A stretch of DNA of 64,000 nt from Nitrospirota bacterium (GCA_963749655.1 CAVVOB010000016.1:64001-128000); one strand, 5' to 3'; numbered from the stretch's first letter, positions 10,155-19,541 are shown. Made by a program: numbers and translations. The notes: generated by a model from the sequence alone, not told the origin.

Positions 10155-11096
10155 TCAGACTATTTTCAATACGATCTTTCCCCTCGCCCTGCCGGTCTCG
10201 CTGTACGCAAGGGCCTCTTTAGTCCGGTCCAGAGGAAACACCTTGTCGATAATAACCTTAACCCTGCCCTCCGCGATCCGGTCGGCCATCCATTCCCGGT
10301 CCCCTGCATTTGCCTTGACCCACATGGTGCGTGCCTTCTTGCCGGGCAGGATCGCAGTAACGATCTGATCGACGATCGTCCTGTTCGGAAGCGTGCAAAC
10401 GTAGATTCCGCGGCTGGTCAGGACCCTTCTGCACTCGCTGAACGAACGGCTGGAAACGGCGTCAAAGACAAGATCGTATCGTTCGGAGCCTCGAGTGAAA
10501 TCCTCCTTCGTGTAATCGATAACCCGGTCCGCGCCGAGGTCCCTTACGAAATTTGCGTTCCTTCCGCTGCAGACGCCGGTCACGTCCGCTGACAGGACTT
10601 TCGCGATCTGGACAGCGAAGTGGCCCACTCCGCCCGAAGCCCCGTTGATCAGGACCTTGCTGCCGGCAGCTGTTCTTCCATGATCTCGAAGCGCCTGGAG
10701 CGCTGTCAGGCCTGCGATGGGAAGGCACGCCGCCGCCTCATAGGAGAGAGCGGCCGGCTTTGGAAATACCGTTCTCATGTCTGCGCAGGTGTATTCTGCG
10801 TAAGTTCCCAGCCGCCGGACACCGGCAAGCAGGATAACCCCGTCGCCTCTCCTGAATGCCGTGACGTTCCTGCCGATCGCCGCAACATCGCCCGCACACT
10901 CGCACCCCAGTACCTTGGGAAACCGCATTCCGGTGAGGATCCGGGCCTGCCCGTACCGCGCCTTCCAGTCCACCGGGTTCACGCTCGCGGCGCGTACGGC
11001 AACAAGCACCTCCGTGGGCCCCGGATCCGGAACCGGCACTTCACGCACCTGAAGCACCTCGTTCCCGCCATATCGTTCAAAGACGATCGCTTTCAT
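10155..11096 (-). CDS. MDR-superfamily NAD(P)-dependent oxidoreductase (quinone oxidoreductase-like)
   Basis: VRAASVNPVD...VLINGASGGVGHFAVQIAK...GRARGKIV. Confidence 0.9.
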   Translation of the reverse strand: MKAIVFERYGGNEVLQVREVPVPDPGPTEVLVAVRAASVNPVDWKARYGQARILTGMRFPKVLGCECAGDVAAIGRNVTAFRRGDGVILLAGVRRLGTYAEYTCADMRTVFPKPAALSYEAAACLPIAGLTALQALRDHGRTAAGSKVLINGASGGVGHFAVQIAKVLSADVTGVCSGRNANFVRDLGADRVIDYTKEDFTRGSERYDLVFDAVSSRSFSECRRVLTSRGIYVCTLPNRTIVDQIVTAILPGKKARTMWVKANAGDREWMADRIAEGRVKVIIDKVFPLDRTKEALAYSETGRARGKIVLKIV

Positions 11097-11426
11097 ATTT
11101 ACTCTCATCTATCCGGCTTGGCAGCAGCCTGAGTGAGTCTGCTCCGGAAGAGCTTCCGGATATCGCCATCACATCCACATCCGTAGTGCGGGCCACCTCC
11201 CCGCTCCGTGCATTTGACCTGACCGATGCACGGTTGTTTTGAAGCTTACCATATTTATTTAAAATAAATGGCAGTCTTTGTGAAGTCAATAAGACTGCAA
11301 GAATCTGTCGCCCTACCGTCTCACTCACCGTAAAGGGGCAAATGAATTCCGGGACTTTGGTTTTCACCCTTTCAGTCTATCCGCGTAAAACCTTATAAAT
11401 TATTGGTGTACCAGTGCTGAAAAACC

Positions 11427-11454
11427 TTGCAACTGACGCTAAAACGGGTATAAT
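11427..11454 (+). promoter_or_regulatory. Sigma70-type promoter upstream of RRM-rpsU
   Basis: TTGCAA-N16-TATAAT. Confidence 0.55.
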
Positions 11455-11722
11455 AAGCATACAAGTCGTCATCAGCGAGGCAGGGCGAACGCATTTTTCC
11501 GGAACGTCCGCGCCTCATCATCGGTCACTGACTCCTCCTGCTCTCACCTTTTCGAACCTCAAAAAAGCGACAGCAAGCACAGTTGGCGAACGATGCAACT
11601 CGGCCGGTTACATGCGCAGGTCCTACTTCCCACGGCGGGAAGAAGTGTTACCTGCGAAAAGGACGTAAACGCGCTGTGCGGGACGCCCGTCAGCGCGAAT
11701 TCTGCATCACACGGGAGGCATC

Positions 11723-12067
11723 ATGGCGAAGAAATTGTATGTCGGGAATCTGTCGTACAACACCCACGAGGAGGATTTACGCGAAGCCTTTTCGAAAATC
11801 GGAGAAGTTGTGTCCGCAACGCTGATCGTCGATCAGACGAACGGCAGGTCCAAAGGATTCGGTTTCGTGGAAATGGCGTCGGATGAGGACGCTGAAAAGG
11901 CGATCTCAACCATGAACGGTACGTCGTTCATGGACAGGACGATCACGGTAAACGAGGCCCGTCCGAAGACTGAAGGCGGTCGCGGGTTCGGCGGCGGTGG
12001 TGGCGGCGGCAGAGGCGGCAATCGCGGCGGCGGATACGGCGGCGGAGGTAATCGGTCTTGGAGGTAA
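11723..12067 (+). CDS. RRM (RNP-1) RNA-binding protein with Gly-rich tail
   Basis: KLYVGNLSY (RNP2), RSKGFGFVEM (RNP1), VNEARP, GGG tail; SD GGAGG. Confidence 0.95.
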   Translation: MAKKLYVGNLSYNTHEEDLREAFSKIGEVVSATLIVDQTNGRSKGFGFVEMASDEDAEKAISTMNGTSFMDRTITVNEARPKTEGGRGFGGGGGGGRGGNRGGGYGGGGNRSWR

Positions 12068-12300
12068 GAGTCCAGTCCCGGGACATCGAAAAGGCACTGC
12101 GAAACCTCAAGAAGAAGCTCCAGCTCGACGGGGTATTCGGGGAGCTGAAGAAGCGGCGCTTTTACGAAAAGCCCTCGGTGAAAAAAAAGCGGAAGCAGCT
12201 GGAGGCGCAGAAGCGAAAACGGAAGCTCCTCAAGCGCTCACGCCCGGGTAATTCATCGCCGAGGCCGGGAACGGCAGCGCAATCGCTGCCTCGGACCTGA
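12058..12300 (+). CDS. rpsU: 30S ribosomal protein S21
   Basis: IEKALRNLKKK...ELKKRRFYEKPSVKKKRK; TTG start with SD GGAGGT inside the RRM gene. Confidence 0.85.
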   Translation: MEVRVQSRDIEKALRNLKKKLQLDGVFGELKKRRFYEKPSVKKKRKQLEAQKRKRKLLKRSRPGNSSPRPGTAAQSLPRT

Positions 12301-12735
12301 CCGTAAATAAGCCGCAACACAACGGTCAATAAAGATCCCATGCGTCCTGACACGGAGACGCCACTCAGTGAACGGTACAGGACGCAAAAAGGCTGCATCA
12401 ACATCCGGGCCTAACCGGAAGCGCAATGAACTGCCGTTGTCTCTAAGCAAAGAAGCGCAATAGAGACTGTAGTTTAATGTCCCGATTCGTGCGAAAGCGC
12501 CACTTCAGCCTGTACCGGCGTTTTGCAGACCGAGGCTAAGGCTGGAATCCGGTTATTTCAAAGCCGGATGCCGGATCAGGTCCGGTATGGCGAAGAGGGT
12601 ATTTAAATGAAACAGGGGCAGGTTGCCGCCGCTCAGGTCCGGACTGTCTGTTTCCACCTCGCTTGCTTGACTTCATAACCTGCCGGTGCCCTCATACCCG
12701 GCTTGGTATAAATTTCTTCCCTCAGGAGGTGCCTA

Positions 12736-12900
12736 TTGGGAAAACCGAACTTCAGTTTTCAAAAACGCCAGAGGGAACTTGCCAAGAAAAAAAAGAACGA
12801 GGAAAAGAAACAACGCAAACTTGAACAAAGTTCAGTAAAACCCGCTGAGGATCAGCAGCAGAGCTCCGAGTCCGGAGAAGACATAAAAAACGGTGACTGA
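12736..12900 (+). CDS. Small basic protein, 54 aa (MGKPNFSFQKRQRELAKKKKNEEKKQRK...), absent from the ORF track
   Basis: SD AGGAGGT 12724-12730, TTG start, 55 codons to TGA. Confidence 0.7.
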   Translation: MGKPNFSFQKRQRELAKKKKNEEKKQRKLEQSSVKPAEDQQQSSESGEDIKNGD

Positions 12901-12944
12901 CCCGGCAATCAGAACAGGGGGGGCCGGAGAAAAGGAGATACGGT

Positions 12945-13007
12945 ATGGCAGCTTCACGGCAAGGCGCAAAAAAAGAAGTAAAAAAACCAAAGAGCAAAAA
13001 GAAGTAA
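12945..13007 (+). CDS. 20-aa Lys-rich micropeptide MAASRQGAKKEVKKPKSKKK
   Basis: SD AAGGAG 12932-12937, ATG 12945, TAA 13005-13007. Confidence 0.45.
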   Translation: MAASRQGAKKEVKKPKSKKK

Positions 13008-13024
13008 TTATTGCAGCCGGCTGA

Positions 13025-13444
13025 CTAACCCCGCGGCAAACCGCGGGAAACGCGATCACTCCGCAAGTCAGCCTGTTTTGTGTACCGGATGCTCACTTCA
13101 TAACCGATACTCGCATGTGCGGAAGAAAAGTTCGTCCCCTGACAGGCGATCCTACCGGTGGCCGAGGTCTTGCGTGCTTTCACCATGGCTTTGACCACCG
13201 GGGCGAGATCATAGCCTCCGTCCGTACACCCGTCCTGAAAACATTTCATATGAAAGCTGGCATAATTTGCCGGCAGGAAACTGAGCGTGCGCTGCATCAG
13301 AACCGGAGCCAAACCGCGCTGAAAATAGGTAAGGTGAAATTCGATGCTCGAAACACCGGAATAGCGCTCTGAAACCAGACCGTCCGCAATCATCGCCGCT
13401 TTCTCCAGCTCAAGTTTTGCTTTATAATTCTGTCTGTAATTCAT
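13025..13444 (-). CDS. Hypothetical protein with Cys motifs (C-x4-C...C...H)
   Basis: ORF with SD GAGGA; GLVSERYSGVSSIEF...CFQDGCTDGGYDL. Confidence 0.7.
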   Translation of the reverse strand: MNYRQNYKAKLELEKAAMIADGLVSERYSGVSSIEFHLTYFQRGLAPVLMQRTLSFLPANYASFHMKCFQDGCTDGGYDLAPVVKAMVKARKTSATGRIACQGTNFSSAHASIGYEVSIRYTKQADLRSDRVSRGLPRG

Positions 13445-13477
13445 AGTCCTCTTTTCAGGCCGGCCTAGTCCAGGAAC

Positions 13478-13505
13478 AAAAAAAGCCACAGATCCTTGTG
13501 GCTTG
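13478..13505 (-). terminator. Intrinsic terminator inside a 5' leader (attenuator candidate)
   Basis: Minus strand AAGCCACA-aggatc-TGTGGCTT plus U-tract, between the promoter at 13534-13562 and ATG 13444. Confidence 0.6.
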
Positions 13506-13533
13506 GCTCAAGGGTTGCTAATACGTATGTTTT

Positions 13534-13562
13534 ACTATAACACTTTACCGGTACTATTACAA
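13534..13562 (-). promoter_or_regulatory. Sigma70-type promoter
   Basis: TTGTAA-N17-TATAGT with extended TGn on the minus strand. Confidence 0.55.
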
Positions 13563-13654
13563 CAGGTGTTTTCAAAACAGAGGTAAATTGCGCCGCTGCG
13601 GACAGCCTTCTGCGTCACGTACTTTTGAAGAGCACACCCGCTTTTACACAGCCC

Positions 13655-14335
13655 TCACCCCCGAATTACGAGCAGCGTGCGCCGCTCACCGTTTGCCGCA
13701 GCGCGCTCAACCTGGATTCCGCATCCCTCGCCGTACACCATCTCGATCGCCTCTATAAAGCCCGGACTCAGTCTGCGCGAATCCGGCGCTTGCCGAACAT
13801 TGCAGCTGAACTTGGATGCATCACTGATAATACCGAGGACCTCCACTCCTTCCGAGAAGTGCAAAGGCCAGAGCATGCAGACCTTCGGCTTCACCTCGGC
13901 CAGGGGTAAGCCGAGCACCATCGCGACGGTGTGCAATGAGCACTGTATCCGTCGACGGGACCGGTAGGCGAAGAGGCACAGGCCGTCCTCGGTCGTGTCG
14001 ATAGAAAAAAGTCCGGGCTCTTCCTTCTCGAACACGTTGTCGTATCCCCCAGCGGTCAGGAGATGGGGACAGAACCTCGCCGCCTCGGGCAAGACCCTGA
14101 TGATCCTCCGCAGCTCCGCAGTGGTAACACAGACCTCGTAGGACGAGCAACAGCACCGGCCTCCTTTGACGCAGCCGTTGCATCGGTTTTCAAGGGATAC
14201 AAGCAACTCGACGTCTACCTCGACGCTGCGGCGCTCATATCGGGACTGATGCTGTGTGCGACTGTTTTTCGGCCTCTTCGGTTGCATAGTCGTCATGGGT
14301 GGTGCGCATCCCGCGTTAATATAGGCATTGATCAT
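13655..14335 (-). CDS. Cys-rich (CxxC...CC) Zn/Fe-chelating-type protein (DUF3109/YkgJ-like)
   Basis: CNGC..GRCCC...GLCLF...CSLH...KPKVCMLWPL; start uncertain. Confidence 0.65.
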   Translation of the reverse strand: MINAYINAGCAPPMTTMQPKRPKNSRTQHQSRYERRSVEVDVELLVSLENRCNGCVKGGRCCCSSYEVCVTTAELRRIIRVLPEAARFCPHLLTAGGYDNVFEKEEPGLFSIDTTEDGLCLFAYRSRRRIQCSLHTVAMVLGLPLAEVKPKVCMLWPLHFSEGVEVLGIISDASKFSCNVRQAPDSRRLSPGFIEAIEMVYGEGCGIQVERAAANGERRTLLVIRG

Positions 14336-14700
14336 GTGATGCTCAAGCTGCAGATGTACGGGTCACCTTAGCTCCTAACAGGGGGACAAGTCAAGCCTGC
14401 GACCGGAATTGTCATATTTTTTTTGGGGGGTTGACCTGGGTAATAAAGGGGCTAATATTGAATGATAGGCTCTAATTAGGCCAGTTATAATGAACAGCCT
14501 ATGGTTCGCTTATCACACAATGCGCATTATTACAATGACTTATATTGTTTTAAAAAAGGTACTACAATTGCAATCTATTGCAATTAGAGTCTTACCCTTA
14601 AATGGAACATTTTCTCGGGAAATACACGTTTCCTGAAGCAAAAACAAGGAGCGCAAGGCATTGACAGGGTTCACAAACGATGCCGAGCGGGATTTACCCT

Positions 14701-15789
14701 ATGGCAGACCCGGATCTGATTGAAATCATCAAGCTGTGCATATCCCTGGATGTTACTGCCTACAAAACCTACCTCGGCATATCACAGGCTACGGTCAACC
14801 CCGATTTAAAACAATTTTGGGCCGATATGGCTGCTGAAGAAAAGGAGCACGCCGATTACTGGAACAGCGCCCTCAAACTGGCCGAGCAGGACAGCATCCC
14901 GCAGCTCTTCGATGATCCGCAAAAGATCAGGGAGGAGCTGTCCGGCATTCGGAATAAGATAGACACCCTGCTCAAACACGATAACGATCCCAGCAACGTA
15001 ACGGACACCTTTCTGATGGCTTACCGGATGGAGTTCTTCATGACCCATCATGCCTTCGAAACCCTGCTCCAGTTCGTGAACTGCATGGAGCTCAAAAAAG
15101 ACGCCGAGCAATTCTATGAACGACATATCGACAAATTTATCGACGCCATGAACAAGTTCGGGGCCAGCACTCCGTCGCTCGAACTTCTGGGAGAGTCGCT
15201 CAGGCGGTTGTGGAGGGAGAACAGGGCACTCTCTGCTCTCAGCAGCATCGATGAATTGACAGGCATCAGAAACAGGAGGGGCTTTTTCAGCATCATCCAT
15301 ACCTTCGGCTCGCTCGCGAAACGGAACAGGTTCACGATCGGCATAATGATAGCGGACATCGATCATTTTAAAAGGATCAATGATACCTATGGTCATGCGA
15401 AGGGCGACGAGGTCCTGAAAAGAACTGCGCAGATCCTTCAGAAAAAGATCAGGCCCTCTGACGTCCTGGGAAGATTTGGCGGCGAGGAGTTCATTATCTA
15501 CATGAACCAGATCGATCCCCGCGTTGCCTACGATGTCGCGGAAAAGCTCAGGTTGGCGGTCGAAGAATTCCGGGAGGACGGGATCGGGGTGACGATCAGC
15601 ATAGGGGTATCGTGCGGAATCCTGCCGATGGACAGCGATGTGGACTCTTCTCTGTCCGAATACGTAAAGCGGGCCGATGCCTGTCTTTACGAGGCAAAGA
15701 ACAGCGGCAGGAACAAGGTCGTTGCGGCGGCTTCGCCCGATGAGCTCCAGGTTCCGAAAAAAACGACGGCGCCGCTGTCAGCGATGTGA
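14701..15789 (+). CDS. Diguanylate cyclase with N-terminal ferritin/rubrerythrin-like domain
   Basis: N-terminal MAAEEKEH (ExxH) helices; DELTG..NRR, DIDHFKRINDTYGHAKGD, RPSD I-site, GRFGGEEF. Confidence 0.9.
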   Translation: MADPDLIEIIKLCISLDVTAYKTYLGISQATVNPDLKQFWADMAAEEKEHADYWNSALKLAEQDSIPQLFDDPQKIREELSGIRNKIDTLLKHDNDPSNVTDTFLMAYRMEFFMTHHAFETLLQFVNCMELKKDAEQFYERHIDKFIDAMNKFGASTPSLELLGESLRRLWRENRALSALSSIDELTGIRNRRGFFSIIHTFGSLAKRNRFTIGIMIADIDHFKRINDTYGHAKGDEVLKRTAQILQKKIRPSDVLGRFGGEEFIIYMNQIDPRVAYDVAEKLRLAVEEFREDGIGVTISIGVSCGILPMDSDVDSSLSEYVKRADACLYEAKNSGRNKVVAAASPDELQVPKKTTAPLSAM

Positions 15790-15932
15790 TGCGCAGGGAA
15801 CACCTGCAGACCCTTCCCGTGAGAGCATGATCCCTCTGATGGGACAAGAGAGAGTGCCAGTTCGATGGTATCCCTTCATGAAAGACGCGTTTCCCGATGA
15901 GCAGAACCTGTTACGGGATTGGTGCGGCGAAA

Positions 15933-18719
15933 CTACTGCCGCGCCAGAAACATCCAGAGATAAGCAGCTGCAAGCATGAGAACAGGAACAGAGTGTTTTC
16001 CTAACTGCTTTTTACCCCCTGCCCGTACCCGCCGCAATTTTGCAAGAACACCCGTTGACCCGGCTGCCGCAACGAGTACCAGAAACGTCTGAAATGTCCT
16101 GATGAACGTCGATGAGGCGCTGATACCCGGGAGCTCCACACCCAGCCCTGCCTGCCTCCCCAGCACGGCAAACAGCTGCCCGCCGAGCGTCAAAAGACGT
16201 TCCAGGTGATATCCGGCCTCAAAGGCGAATACCAGCGGTAACAGAATATAGACGCTCCTGTACCATTGCCCCTCTGTTTCCGGTCCCGCCTGCTCGAAAA
16301 ACGATTTCGCGGCGACCCTGGCAAATATCGCCGAGACCAGAACCGACAACGCCATGAACGACAGTGCACCGGCCCAGGTGTCGACCATGGCGCCGTGAAG
16401 CCAGCCAATCCGCTCCATGCCGCGAAACAGCTGTGTTCCCATCAAGGCGATACCCACGACAGCGATGCTCTTATCAGGCGTTCGCACGGTCCAGAGATCG
16501 TAGCCAGGGAGCCGCAGGTTCAGCACCGGCGAATCGTTCGAACAGATCTTGACGCAGGTGCCGCAGAGGACGCAGTTCCGGTTGGACATCAGAAAAAATG
16601 GACCTTCGAACATGGGGCAGCCCTCGTGCCGTTCATCGCCGGTGTAGCATTCGTGCTTCAGACAGGCGCTGTTGCAGATGCCGTAATTGGAACGGAGCTC
16701 CAGGATAGAACAGTTGGCAAGGGTTCCGACGATGCTGCCGAGCGGGCAGAGATAGCGGCACCAGGTGCTGCGCTGGAACAAAAATCCCGAAAGAGCGGCC
16801 AGCGCAGCGATCGAAAGGACAAGCAGCGCCGTCGCCCGCGGCGACTGAAGCATGCCCGCGGCGGACTCCGCCGCGATGATGACCGCTATGCCCAGGGCGC
16901 TGAGGTGTAATCCGTAGTTCCGCAGAAACACGGGGACCTTCAGATGATGTCCGACGGTGCGCCTGACCAGCTGGCTTAACGCGCCCACGGGACAAACACC
17001 GCACCACATGCGGGTGACAAAAAACGCGCTGATGATCAGCATCGGTTCCCACAGCCCCCAGGTAAGTATGAGTGCGATGTTGCGGTCGGGGTCCTGGACG
17101 CCGAACAGACCGAGACCGACGAGGAGAGCGATAAAGGGAGCTGTGACCAGGATGCCGGCCCGGGGATAGAACGTACTGACGAACAGGTTCTTGATCGGAC
17201 CGTATTTGAGGAGATTGACGGTGAACTTCCCGGTTACCGGCGGCGGGCCGATGAAGATATCTTCCAGCGTGAGCCGGTCGCCGCGGGCAATGCTGACCGC
17301 CCGGCGCATGACGACGGAAAGCTCCTCGGTGTTCCCCGGCCAATTATAGCCCATAACGGCCTTGTAAGCCTCATCGTCGATTTCTTTGACATTCTTGTCT
17401 ATTTTTCTGTTATTGCGTTTGATCAGCTCGTTCACGATCATGGGAATGTCTTTTTTCCGCTTTCTGAGGGGGGGTACGGCAAGGGACTGGGAGGCGAGAA
17501 GATCATTCAGGCGCCTGTCGAATACGCCGTCCGCAGTAAGGGCGGCCAGGTCTGCGCTTGATGTGGCAATGATCCGGGCATTCGACGGGACCAGGTCCTT
17601 TTCGCCGACGGCGTGGAACCAGGACCTTTCGAGATAATCCGCAAGCTGTTCCTGCACCCGCATTGCGAGACGCTCAATATTCTCGATCACGACCATTCCG
17701 TTACGCGCCATGAAGATAAGGCCCATCCGCTTGTCCGGCGCGAACGGCAGGGCGTTGTAACCCCGTCCGAACAGCGTACCCGCCTGGATCAGCTCGACGG
17801 TGATCGGATCATCGACGTTCACTTCCTGCGCTTCCGGGAAACCGGCGGTTTTCGCGTTCATGCCCATGAAAAGTCCTGCGGAGTCCTTCCCCATCATGTG
17901 AATCAGACCCGCAGCGTCCAGAAGTTCCGTGCCCGGCTCGCCGTGTACGAGCACCGGCTGCACGTTCCCGGCTACACGCTCGATATCGGTCAGCAGTTTC
18001 ATGACGATGGCGCTGTTGCCGATGAGCATGGGTACTTCACGCTTTTGCTGTTCGGCGATGAACTGGCGATAGGCTGTACCGGCGGAAGAAGCATCAGCGA
18101 TGTGAACATTGCTCCGGGCCAGCCTTTCCGCAAGAATGCGGGCGCATGTTTTTGCGGCAGCGGAGTTGGAAAAGACCACCTTGATGAAGGCTTCGCGGGG
18201 GATGCAGATCAGACACGTCCGCTCCGTGGTCTCAACTGCGGCGGAACGCTGTTCGTTCGTCAAAAGAGCGATCTCGCCGAAGCCATCGCCGGGCCCGAGA
18301 ACGTCAAAGGTGACGGCGCTGGTTCCGCCGTTTTCCTTAAAGACCCGGACCGCGCCTGAAGCGACAACGTAATAGTTGTCGCCCTTGTCATGACTGCGGC
18401 AGACGATCTCACCGGCCGGCACGATCATGCTTCGCGCTGCTGCTGTGAGTTCCCTCAAAGCCTCGGGACTGAGGGCTTCAAACAGATCGACACGAAGAAG
18501 AATGTCTTCCCACAGCACGCGCAGGACCGCGTCCAGGTCCGTCGAATCGATTTCGCCCTGCTCAACGATGATGCGGCCGAGGGGTTTATACAGGCCCTGC
18601 TTATCGAGCTCCGCCTGGATCTCCAGCGCCCTGGCGATGATGTCGGTCTTGCCGGAAAAACTCCGGGCAAGATAGGCCCCCAGATGCTCCTGGTTCCTAT
18701 CAGTCGTTTTTTGTCCCAC
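15933..18719 (-). CDS. Fusion of MshEN-like, cNMP-binding, degenerate sigma54-activator AAA+ and membrane 4Fe-4S (NapH/FixG-like) domains
   Basis: PLGRIIVEQG; GDGFGEIALL..RSA; GEPGTELL, VPPLRKRKKDIP, YNWPGN; WCGVCP, WCRYLCP, CVLCGTCVKIC plus many TM helices. Confidence 0.85.
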   Translation of the reverse strand: MGQKTTDRNQEHLGAYLARSFSGKTDIIARALEIQAELDKQGLYKPLGRIIVEQGEIDSTDLDAVLRVLWEDILLRVDLFEALSPEALRELTAAARSMIVPAGEIVCRSHDKGDNYYVVASGAVRVFKENGGTSAVTFDVLGPGDGFGEIALLTNEQRSAAVETTERTCLICIPREAFIKVVFSNSAAAKTCARILAERLARSNVHIADASSAGTAYRQFIAEQQKREVPMLIGNSAIVMKLLTDIERVAGNVQPVLVHGEPGTELLDAAGLIHMMGKDSAGLFMGMNAKTAGFPEAQEVNVDDPITVELIQAGTLFGRGYNALPFAPDKRMGLIFMARNGMVVIENIERLAMRVQEQLADYLERSWFHAVGEKDLVPSNARIIATSSADLAALTADGVFDRRLNDLLASQSLAVPPLRKRKKDIPMIVNELIKRNNRKIDKNVKEIDDEAYKAVMGYNWPGNTEELSVVMRRAVSIARGDRLTLEDIFIGPPPVTGKFTVNLLKYGPIKNLFVSTFYPRAGILVTAPFIALLVGLGLFGVQDPDRNIALILTWGLWEPMLIISAFFVTRMWCGVCPVGALSQLVRRTVGHHLKVPVFLRNYGLHLSALGIAVIIAAESAAGMLQSPRATALLVLSIAALAALSGFLFQRSTWCRYLCPLGSIVGTLANCSILELRSNYGICNSACLKHECYTGDERHEGCPMFEGPFFLMSNRNCVLCGTCVKICSNDSPVLNLRLPGYDLWTVRTPDKSIAVVGIALMGTQLFRGMERIGWLHGAMVDTWAGALSFMALSVLVSAIFARVAAKSFFEQAGPETEGQWYRSVYILLPLVFAFEAGYHLERLLTLGGQLFAVLGRQAGLGVELPGISASSTFIRTFQTFLVLVAAAGSTGVLAKLRRVRAGGKKQLGKHSVPVLMLAAAYLWMFLARQ

Positions 18720-19320
18720 GATTCGCTCTCACTGCCCGGATGCGCCTGACCGCCGATGGTGCAGCATTTCGGAATACGGCAGCATCTCTATTTCCTTCGC
18801 CTGATTAAAACCTTTCCGTACCGAAACGCGTTCGGATCGTTTTTTTTTATTCCTCTTCCGAGAATCGGGCTTCTTTTCGTACAAAGTCTGAAAAAGTCTC
18901 TTTACCAGTATGTTGCGGGAAAAAACATCATGAATCTCAATTCGCACTGCACGCAGACAATGTATCGTCTGTTTCGCAAAAAAACCTCCGCAGAGAGTGT
19001 ATATCTTATTATACAATATCATCTGCAATCAGGAACGGAGGCGGTCGGGTTACGACCCGCACACTGGCGCGAACTGACTCAGGTCATGCACAGCAAGGGA
19101 ACTCTCGTGTGTTGAGCTTGGTGCAGGATAACAGCAGGACCGGGACTTCTGCAGAGCGGAAAACGACGATCAGCAAAAAATACGCTTGAGATTCGTTTCC
19201 TTACAGGAAATGGCGGTATTTCAGAAGGGGAAATATGAAATTTGAGTACAGCAGTTGAAAAAAAATCCCGAAGGTGACCGTGAGATTACGAGATTATGCG
19301 TCGAGCTGAACAAAAAAATG

Positions 19321-19449
19321 CTATTGTTTCTCCATCAGCCAATCGAGCACAAACCACGCTGCGACCAGAACGGCGACAAGAAAGACGATCTTCCCGATGT
19401 TCAACCAGGCGTTGCCCTCTTCCTCGTGTATTTCCGGATCAATGCCCAT
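19321..19449 (-). CDS. Small single-TM membrane protein
   Basis: MGIDPEIHEEEGNAWLNIGKIVFLVAVLVAAWFVLDWLMEKQ with purine-rich SD. Confidence 0.55.
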   Translation of the reverse strand: MGIDPEIHEEEGNAWLNIGKIVFLVAVLVAAWFVLDWLMEKQ

Positions 19450-19541
19450 ATCGTTCCCTTCTTCACGACACAGGATTTTGCACACCCTTGCCGCAAGCTG
19501 CGTCAATTACGCATGTTCCGAAAACAGTCCCTGCGGGAGGT

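Noticed and set aside
13035-13075. GGCAAAC...GAAA resembling a c-di-GMP-I riboswitch
   Set aside because: It lacks the adjacent G(A/G)CGCAAA and the second stem, and lies antisense to a gene 3' end with no downstream plus-strand gene.
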